Assembly (NCBI GenBank): GCA_024234325.1 | Contig: JACKOJ010000008.1 | Span: forward strand, 35,618 to 99,617 | Length of the DNA stretch: 64,000 nt | Source of the DNA: Pseudomonadales bacterium | GTDB taxonomy: Bacteria; Pseudomonadota; Gammaproteobacteria; Pseudomonadales; Pseudohongiellaceae | Reading direction: 5' to 3' | In this document: in pieces, positions 9,902 to 16,512 of the stretch | Layout of the letters: each line of letters opens with the position of its first letter | Position numbering within the stretch: position 1 is the first letter of the stretch | The notes under the pieces: model-generated | The model's input: only the letters and a program-made list of their open reading frames with translations | Told to the model about the DNA's origin: nothing | The model's database searches: none | Position numbers and translations under genes: made by a program

Positions 9902-11095
9902 TTGTTGTTCCTCAGCCGATTCCATGCCCTTCTGCCGACTGCCCTGCTGCTTTTCTTGGCGCCCGGGGGGCAGGCACAGACACTGCCAACCCCGATTGTC
10001 ACAGCCGGTAGCGGCCAGATTCTGCGTTCCGACAACAAGCCGGCTCTGCCAGGCGCGGACTTCAGCCCCTATATGGAGTGGCTGGACGCCGAGATCACCA
10101 CACTGGGCGTCCCCGGGGTGGCCATGGGCGTCGTGAACTCGCATCAGGTGCTGGCGCTGAAGACCTGGGGGGTGCGCAGTCTGGGCGAAGACGCGGCAGT
10201 GGACAGCCATACCCTGTTTCGCATTGCCTCTGTCTCCAAGACCTTTGCTGGCGCTGTGGCAGCCATGCTGGTACATGATCAGCGGCAGAGCTGGGATACC
10301 CCGATCATCAGCATCCTGCCCCAGTACGCCATCGGCACAGAGTCTGCGACCCGCGAGATGACCCTGCGTCATGTGCTGAGCCACACCACGGGACTGATGC
10401 CCCACGCCTATTCCAATATGCTGGATTCCGGTGTTGCCTACGAAAAGATTCAGGAGAAGTTCCGCGAGATTCCCACCGTATGCCCGCCCGGGCGCTGCTA
10501 TGGTTACCAGAACGTGGTGTTCTCCCTGGTGTCCGACGTGGTCGAAGTGTCGGAGCATGAGAGCTACGAGCAGTATGTGCAGGAGCGCCTGTTTACGCCG
10601 CTCGGCATGACGACCGCCTCCGTCGGGCTGGAGGGGTATACCGGGGCTGACAATGTCAGCACGGCGCATCAACTACGGGGAGAAACCTGGCGCAACGTGC
10701 CGACCAACCCTGCCTATTATTCTGTGGGGCCGGCGGCAGGGGTCAACGCCAGTGTCGAGGACATGATGGTATGGGCCCAGGCCAATCTGGGTGCGTTCCC
10801 TCTGGTACTGCCGCCCGAGGTGCTGGCGGAACAGCAGACTCCGGTGGTGGAGACGCCCCGCGGCAGTTACTTCAACCGCTGGCCGCGCCTGGACAAGGCC
10901 TGGTATGGCCTGGGCTGGCGCATCTTCGATTACGCGGGCGTGCGGGTCATCCACCACGGCGGCGGGGTGCGGGGGTTCCGTTCCGAGCTGGTCCTGGTGC
11001 CCTCATTGGACATCGCGATGGTGGTTCTGTTTAATGGCGAGACTCCGCTGGCCAACGATGTCGTCCCGCATTTTCTGGACACCGTGCTGCCCTGA
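9902..11095 (+). CDS. Serine hydrolase of the beta-lactamase/PBP (class C-like) fold
   Basis: SVSK (S-x-x-K), YSN (Y-x-N) and HGG motifs. The track start at 9710 lies upstream of the terminator, so I trimmed to the in-frame TTG just before the signal-like LLFLSRFHALLPTALLLFLAPGGQA. The exact start is uncertain. Confidence 0.7.
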   Translation: MLFLSRFHALLPTALLLFLAPGGQAQTLPTPIVTAGSGQILRSDNKPALPGADFSPYMEWLDAEITTLGVPGVAMGVVNSHQVLALKTWGVRSLGEDAAVDSHTLFRIASVSKTFAGAVAAMLVHDQRQSWDTPIISILPQYAIGTESATREMTLRHVLSHTTGLMPHAYSNMLDSGVAYEKIQEKFREIPTVCPPGRCYGYQNVVFSLVSDVVEVSEHESYEQYVQERLFTPLGMTTASVGLEGYTGADNVSTAHQLRGETWRNVPTNPAYYSVGPAAGVNASVEDMMVWAQANLGAFPLVLPPEVLAEQQTPVVETPRGSYFNRWPRLDKAWYGLGWRIFDYAGVRVIHHGGGVRGFRSELVLVPSLDIAMVVLFNGETPLANDVVPHFLDTVLP

Positions 11096-11147
11096 GTCTG
11101 CGCGTTGAGTCCCGCCCCGTGTTTCTTTTCAGGAGGTATCCGTTTCC

Positions 11148-11885
11148 GTGAATGACGTTCACCAGTTGCTGTTTGCCCATCGCAGTATTCGCAAATACAC
11201 CGATCAGGCCGTTGATAAAGAGTTGCTGCGCACACTGGTGCAGGCAGGGCAGGCCGCTGCGACCTCCAGTTTCCTGCAGGGGGCAACGGTGATCCGGGTG
11301 CGTGATCCCGAGCGCCGGGAGCGAATTGCCACCCTGGCCGGCAATCAGGTGCATGTGCGTACGGCGCCGGAATTCCTGGTGCTCTGTGCCGACCTGAAGC
11401 GGCCAGGAAGCTGCTGTGAGCAGTACAACAAGCCTTTCGCCGGAGATTTCACGGAGCATTTCATCATTGCCACAGTGGATGTTGCCCTGATGGCGCAGAA
11501 CATGGTGGTGGCCGCAGAAGCGGCGGGTCTGGGGGTGTGCTATATCGGGGGAATTCGCAACAACCCCCGCGAGATATCCGATCTGCTGAAGCTGCCCCGG
11601 GGCGTCTATCCCGTGTTTGGCCTGTGTCTTGGTTATCCTGCCCAGGACCCGGAAGTAAAACCCCGCCTGCCTTTGGACGTGGTGCTGAAAGAAGAGTGCT
11701 ACAGCGACGAAGGCGACGCGCAACGAATCGCCGAGTACGACGAGGTGGTACGCGAGTATTACCGGACCCGCACCGGGGGCGGCCATGGCATCTGCTGGAG
11801 CGAGCAGGTGGCGGGTTTGCTGAGTGAAAAATCCCGCCCGCACATGCGCCAGTTTCTCGCCGATCAGGGCTTCACCATGAAATGA
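11148..11885 (+). CDS. nfsA: Oxygen-insensitive NADPH nitroreductase
   Basis: 245 aa. HRSIRKYT...SSFLQ...FLVLCADLKR is collinear with remembered E. coli NfsA. Confidence 0.85.
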   Translation: MNDVHQLLFAHRSIRKYTDQAVDKELLRTLVQAGQAAATSSFLQGATVIRVRDPERRERIATLAGNQVHVRTAPEFLVLCADLKRPGSCCEQYNKPFAGDFTEHFIIATVDVALMAQNMVVAAEAAGLGVCYIGGIRNNPREISDLLKLPRGVYPVFGLCLGYPAQDPEVKPRLPLDVVLKEECYSDEGDAQRIAEYDEVVREYYRTRTGGGHGICWSEQVAGLLSEKSRPHMRQFLADQGFTMK

Positions 11886-11895
11886 GCCGCAGGGC

Positions 11896-13086
11896 TCAGA
11901 CCGCGCGCGCTTCCCGTAACGCAGCGATCTCCGTCTCGCTGTAGCCAAGCTCCGTGAGAATCGCATCGGTATGCTCGCCCAGGGTCGGTGCGCGTTGGCG
12001 GATGCCTGCGGGGGTCTCCGACAGTCGCACGGGCGGGGTCATCACGGGGGCCGGTTTCTGCAAACCCGGATAGTCCACTCGCTGGAACAGACCCGCCGCC
12101 GCCACGTGGGGGTCGTCCAGAACATCCTGCAGGGACATGACCGGGCCGGCCGGCAGACGCGCTGCTTCCATTTCCTCCAGCACCTGTGCCGACGTGCGCT
12201 CCGCGCACCAGCGTGCCAGCCGCTCGCTGATAATCTCGCCATGGTCGCCGCGGCTGATGTCGTCCTTGAAGCGCGGGTCTTCCAGCCAGTGGGGTTCGCC
12301 CATTAACTGCACCCAGCGCTCAAAGAGCGGCCCCCCCACGCTCTGCACCAGCACCCAGCCGTCGCGCGTCCGGAAGGTGTCTGCCGGGGCCGACGTCTGT
12401 GAGCGGTTCAGGGTGGCCTGGCGATTGATGGCGAGCGCATCCTGCTCGATGGTCGTGCCATTCATCAGGGTGAGGGCGGTGCTGAATAAGGAGGCTTCCA
12501 CCACCTGGCCACGCCCGGTTTTCTGGCGCTCATACAGCGCGGCCATCGTGCCGTAGGCACTCAGACTGGCGGTGCAGAAATCGATAAACGGAGCGTAGGA
12601 CTTTGTCGGCTGTTCGGGCGTACCCGACATGTACATGGCGCCGGACATGGCCTGGCCCAGCCCGTCAAAACCCACGCGCTGGCTGTAGGGGCCACCGCTG
12701 CCGAAGGCGGTGATCAGGGTGAGGATGATGTCCGGCCGGATTTGGCACAGGCTCTCGTAGTCCAGCCCCATGGCTTTCAGGGTATCCGGTGGCAGATTGG
12801 CTACCACCACATCGGCTGTGGCCACAAGCCGACGCACCACCTCGCGTCCCTCCGGTTTCATCGGGTTCAGCGTCATGCCGCGCTTGTTGCGGCCCATCTG
12901 CATGTACAGCGCACCGTCGCCCTGGGGGGTCACGGGGGACAGGAAGCGGTCTTCGCTGCCGCTGAGTTTCTCGATGCGGATGACGTCTGCACCCAGGTCT
13001 GCCAGCAGGCTGGCACAGAAAGGACCCGCGATATAGCGCCCGAAATCGAGCACCCGGATGCCACTCAGAACTGCATTGCTGTTCAT
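11896..13086 (-). CDS. Family III CoA-transferase (CaiB/BaiF/formyl-CoA transferase type)
   Basis: 396 aa. N-terminal LSGIRVLDFGRYIAGPFCASLLADLGADVIRIE is the hallmark. Confidence 0.85.
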   Translation of the reverse strand: MNSNAVLSGIRVLDFGRYIAGPFCASLLADLGADVIRIEKLSGSEDRFLSPVTPQGDGALYMQMGRNKRGMTLNPMKPEGREVVRRLVATADVVVANLPPDTLKAMGLDYESLCQIRPDIILTLITAFGSGGPYSQRVGFDGLGQAMSGAMYMSGTPEQPTKSYAPFIDFCTASLSAYGTMAALYERQKTGRGQVVEASLFSTALTLMNGTTIEQDALAINRQATLNRSQTSAPADTFRTRDGWVLVQSVGGPLFERWVQLMGEPHWLEDPRFKDDISRGDHGEIISERLARWCAERTSAQVLEEMEAARLPAGPVMSLQDVLDDPHVAAAGLFQRVDYPGLQKPAPVMTPPVRLSETPAGIRQRAPTLGEHTDAILTELGYSETEIAALREARAV

Positions 13087-13228
13087 GTCTCACGCCCCCT
13101 TTAAGGTGAGAATCACGATCGGATCAAGGCGCAGGATTCTAGCACAGCCGGAGTGACCGGACCGCGCCACGGGGAAAGATTGAAGGCGGTCACAGAACGG
13201 GGTGGGTGTGGGGCAGGGGACGCAATTT

Positions 13229-13244
13229 TGTGAACATGTTAACA
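13229..13244. promoter_or_regulatory. Near-palindrome (possible operator) in a divergent intergenic region
   Basis: TGTGAACATGTTAACA is self-complementary at 14 of 16 positions. No regulator can be assigned. Confidence 0.2.
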
Positions 13245-13370
13245 CCATCGTTTTCCGCGGCGGCCCATAATCGCCACAAGTCTGATGAAAAGCCCGCTGC
13301 GAACACAATCGATCAGGGCCTGACAGCAGTACCGAACCTTACAGACACGCGAGAACGAAGGAGCCCCGGC

Positions 13371-13547
13371 ATGAGCGCAGACATTCAGCATATCCGCAAC
13401 GTACAGGCTTACCGTGAACTGCTGGCGATTCTGCAGAAGCCCTACCAGGATGTGTGTCAGGTATGCGATGGCACAGGCAAAATGTCCAACGCCCATGTGT
13501 GTCTCACCTGCAAGGGCAGTGGCAGCCGCTGGCTGAAGCTGATCTGA
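13371..13547 (+). CDS. 58-aa protein with two DnaJ-type CXXCXGXG zinc-finger motifs
   Basis: CQVCDGTG and CLTCKGSG motifs. GAAGGAG RBS 8 nt before the ATG at 13371. The 5' part of the track ORF (from 13206) has no support. Confidence 0.55.
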   Translation: MSADIQHIRNVQAYRELLAILQKPYQDVCQVCDGTGKMSNAHVCLTCKGSGSRWLKLI

Positions 13548-13661
13548 TCCTTCCCCTGATGGCCCGGAGCCTCCCGGGCCGTCGCGTTCCTGTCATTCCC
13601 CCAGCCCTTCCTCTACAATGCCACGACGACCGCAATCCGCCATGTAGAGGGAGCCCCGATT

Positions 13662-14390
13662 ATGAACACGCATCGCATTCTTACCTGTCTGCTGCTGGCC
13701 CTGAGTCTGGCAGCTCCCCTTGGTCACGCCCAGACTCCGACACCCCCTGACGGCACGTATATCTATGCGCCGCAGCGCAGCACCGGTGGCATCGGTCGCT
13801 TCTACATGGGCCGGGAGATTTCCGGCGTGATGGGACACCAGGCGGCCGGCTGGCTGGAGCGCCCCCAGCGCACCCATGAGGAAATGCCGGACGAGGTGGT
13901 TGCCAATCTGAATCTGAAGCCGACGGACGTGGTTGCCGACATCGGTGCCGGTTCGGGGTATTTCTCTTTCCGCATGGCGAAGCTGCTGCCCCAGGGCAAG
14001 GTGCTGGCGGTGGACATTCAGCCCGAGATGTTGACCCTGATCGAGAATCGCAAGACCAGCGAAGGCGTCAGCAACGTGGAAACCATCCTGGGTGCCATCG
14101 ACAATACCCATCTGCCCGCGAACTCCGTGGATCTCGTGTTGCTGGTGGATGCCTACCACGAATTCTCCCATCCCTGGGAGATGATGCAGAGCATGGTGTC
14201 CGCGATGAAGAGCGGCGGCAGGATCGTGCTGCTGGAGTACCGTGCGGAAGACCCCACCGTGCCCATTCGCCCGCTGCACAAGATGACTCAGGATCAGGTG
14301 AAGAAGGAAATGGGGGCGTTCGGCCTGCAGTTTGTCGAAACCCTGGACTTCCTGCCCTGGCAGCACATGATGATTTTCAGCAAGCCCTGA
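13662..14390 (+). CDS. Class I SAM-dependent methyltransferase fold with an N-terminal signal peptide
   Basis: Signal-like LLALSLAAPLGHAQ and motif I VADIGAGSGYF. 242 aa. Confidence 0.8.
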   Translation: MNTHRILTCLLLALSLAAPLGHAQTPTPPDGTYIYAPQRSTGGIGRFYMGREISGVMGHQAAGWLERPQRTHEEMPDEVVANLNLKPTDVVADIGAGSGYFSFRMAKLLPQGKVLAVDIQPEMLTLIENRKTSEGVSNVETILGAIDNTHLPANSVDLVLLVDAYHEFSHPWEMMQSMVSAMKSGGRIVLLEYRAEDPTVPIRPLHKMTQDQVKKEMGAFGLQFVETLDFLPWQHMMIFSKP

Positions 14391-14397
14391 GCGGCAG

Positions 14398-14841
14398 CTA
14401 GAGATAAATGATCTCGCCGCGCAGAGCGGCGAGTCGTTCCAGCAGCCGGTTCTGCGCCGCCAGAGTCACGCCCGCCTTGTTCATTGCCGCGATCAGGTCT
14501 TCCACGATCGCGTTGAAATCCCCTTCTGTGACATGCATTCCGACGTGGGTATCCACCATGGTGTCCCCTGTGTACTCGCAGGGGCCATCGCTGATCACGC
14601 ACAGATGTTCGCTGAACTTCTCACGAAAGCGCTGCACGTTGGAGACTTCAAAGTAGTGAATGACGCGTGCGTCGTTGGCGATTTCCAGAATGAACAGTTC
14701 CGTGATGCGGGAAATGCCCGGCTCGCCGCCCAATGCCCTGTACAGATTTGTCTGTGCGCCTGCTCCCGTGCAGGCGCACAGAGCAAGAGCGATGGTCAGG
14801 GCTGAGGCTTTTCGGAGGGTTTGCAGGAGAGGGCTGCTCAT
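14398..14841 (-). CDS. Group 1 truncated haemoglobin (trHbN-like) with a lipoprotein-type signal
   Basis: ALGG motif and proximal His in MVDTHVGMHVT. Gapless by-eye alignment over about 67 aa to remembered M. tuberculosis HbN. N-terminal LALCAC lipobox-like sequence. Confidence 0.8.
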   Translation of the reverse strand: MSSPLLQTLRKASALTIALALCACTGAGAQTNLYRALGGEPGISRITELFILEIANDARVIHYFEVSNVQRFREKFSEHLCVISDGPCEYTGDTMVDTHVGMHVTEGDFNAIVEDLIAAMNKAGVTLAAQNRLLERLAALRGEIIYL

Positions 14842-14843
14842 GA

Positions 14844-15683
14844 CTAGAAGGCTCCCTGAAAGGAGAGGTAGAACCCGTTCTGGTCACTGGCACCGGCGAT
14901 ATCTCCGAGACGAACCCAGGCGCCCGTGACGGAGAAGTGCTTGTTGGGAAACCAGGCCAGGAAAATATCGCTCGCACTGTCTTCCTTCAGGGCCAGCAGA
15001 TTGTCCGGTTTCTGGCGGTATTCGGCGCCGATCGCCAGGCGGCGACTGAGGAAGACAGCCGCAGCGGCTTCAAGTTGCAGAGTCCGGTCCTGATCGTCAC
15101 CGCCGTGACCAAGAATGCCGTACTGGTTGGCGCGGGAATAACGCAGGTTGATATTGATCATGCCGGTGCGATGCAGCGGTCCGTCGATCCAGGCGCGTGC
15201 CACACTGGCGTAGTAATCCGTGCCATCGTTCCTGGCGGCGCCCACGGCCTGTGCAGTGGCAGGATCGTGCAGATGATGGTGCTCAGCCCCGATCGCAATC
15301 TGGGGTATCCCGCCATAAACAAGGTCACCTGCCACTTTCAGCTTGAGCCCTGCGACATTCTGCCGAATCCTGCTGTCGTTGGCCTTGATGGTGAACTCGC
15401 GCTTTGCCAGCGAGAGTTCCAGGCGGTTGCGCAATGTGACGGCGGCACCGGCAACATCGAGCTGAAAGTCATCCACATCCGTACGCGTTACGAACGCGAC
15501 GGCTCCAAACTGATCCTGTGTTGCCAGTGAACTGAGTGTCGCCCAGGGGATCAGACCGCCGCCGCCGGCACCGCTGATGGAGCTGACGCCTCCGGTTCCG
15601 GTCAGGCGACCCTGTGCGAATGCCGCTTGCCCCCAGGGCAACAGGAACAGGACGAGCAGGGCAGAAGCAAGGATTCGGGGCAT
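14844..15683 (-). CDS. Probable outer-membrane beta-barrel protein (DUF3034-like as I recall that family)
   Basis: Signal peptide ending AFAQG, alternating beta-strand pattern, C-terminal ...YLSFQGAF. 4-nt gap to the upstream gene and 2-nt gap to the downstream gene. Confidence 0.6.
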   Translation of the reverse strand: MPRILASALLVLFLLPWGQAAFAQGRLTGTGGVSSISGAGGGGLIPWATLSSLATQDQFGAVAFVTRTDVDDFQLDVAGAAVTLRNRLELSLAKREFTIKANDSRIRQNVAGLKLKVAGDLVYGGIPQIAIGAEHHHLHDPATAQAVGAARNDGTDYYASVARAWIDGPLHRTGMININLRYSRANQYGILGHGGDDQDRTLQLEAAAAVFLSRRLAIGAEYRQKPDNLLALKEDSASDIFLAWFPNKHFSVTGAWVRLGDIAGASDQNGFYLSFQGAF

Positions 15684-15687
15684 CGCA

Positions 15688-16359
15688 TTACTCCGTTATC
15701 AGGGCGCGGAATCCGAACACCTGCGCCGGTTCTGCAATCGGGATTTGTATCGTGAACCTGCCTCCGGAGACCCCATCGATTGTGCGCACGATGCGCCGAT
15801 TGTCGGGGTCCTGGGACCAGGGGTGCCAGACGAGAACCTCGTCGGGCGTCTGGATATCCTCGAAGCGCGCAATCCCGTTGTCGTCACTGACGGCGAACTG
15901 CTGCCATTCACTGACGTAGATGTAACCCACCATGCTGTCATGAATGTTGCACCCCAGCACGGCGACACCCGCCTTGTCGAATTCGATGGGATTGCCGGGA
16001 ATGTCTGCATACAGTTCTGTTGAGAACTGCTTGATGGCGGAGAAGGAATACACATGGTGCCGAATGTTGTCATTGTTCGGAAAGTTGACACGCTGCCCGC
16101 GCTGCACGGCGATCACCATGGGGACGAAGTGCTTGTTTATCTGGTCAATGATGGCGACGGTCTCGGGGGCCCGGGTCACGGGATTGCGGGGGATTTCCAC
16201 TACTGCGTTGGCAACAGCCTTGCCCTGTTGATCCGTGACCAGAATCTCCAGATTGTCGCCATAGGCGGTGTTTGCAGCCATGAAAAATGAGCCTGCCAGA
16301 AATGGGAGGCATAGCAGAATGAACATCGGAACAACTATTTCCTGTAATAAACCCGTCAT
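15688..16359 (-). CDS. Amicyanin-like cupredoxin domain protein (often annotated 'methylamine utilization protein')
   Basis: N-terminal hydrophobic segment. Type-1 Cu ligand pattern: H in RHHVYSF, then GCNIHDSM (C-x2-H-x2-M) about 36 aa later. Confidence 0.7.
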   Translation of the reverse strand: MTGLLQEIVVPMFILLCLPFLAGSFFMAANTAYGDNLEILVTDQQGKAVANAVVEIPRNPVTRAPETVAIIDQINKHFVPMVIAVQRGQRVNFPNNDNIRHHVYSFSAIKQFSTELYADIPGNPIEFDKAGVAVLGCNIHDSMVGYIYVSEWQQFAVSDDNGIARFEDIQTPDEVLVWHPWSQDPDNRRIVRTIDGVSGGRFTIQIPIAEPAQVFGFRALITE

Positions 16360-16443
16360 GCGGGAGGTGGTGGCGACGAGCAGAACGCGGGGTATTGAAC
16401 GGGCAAGGGCGCGGCTATTCAGTCAGATACCGCGTATACGCTA

Positions 16444-16494
16444 CCGGGGAGGCAACGGATCAGATTATTGCAAAACTGTCCGTTGCCTCCCCGG
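16444..16494 (-). other. 16-bp perfect intercistronic hairpin between the TonB-dependent receptor and cupredoxin genes
   Basis: CCGGGGAGGCAACGGA / TCCGTTGCCTCCCCGG with a 19-nt loop. There is no U-tract in the transcribed sense. Confidence 0.6.
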
Positions 16495-16512
16495 CAGGAG
16501 AGGGGGAATGAA

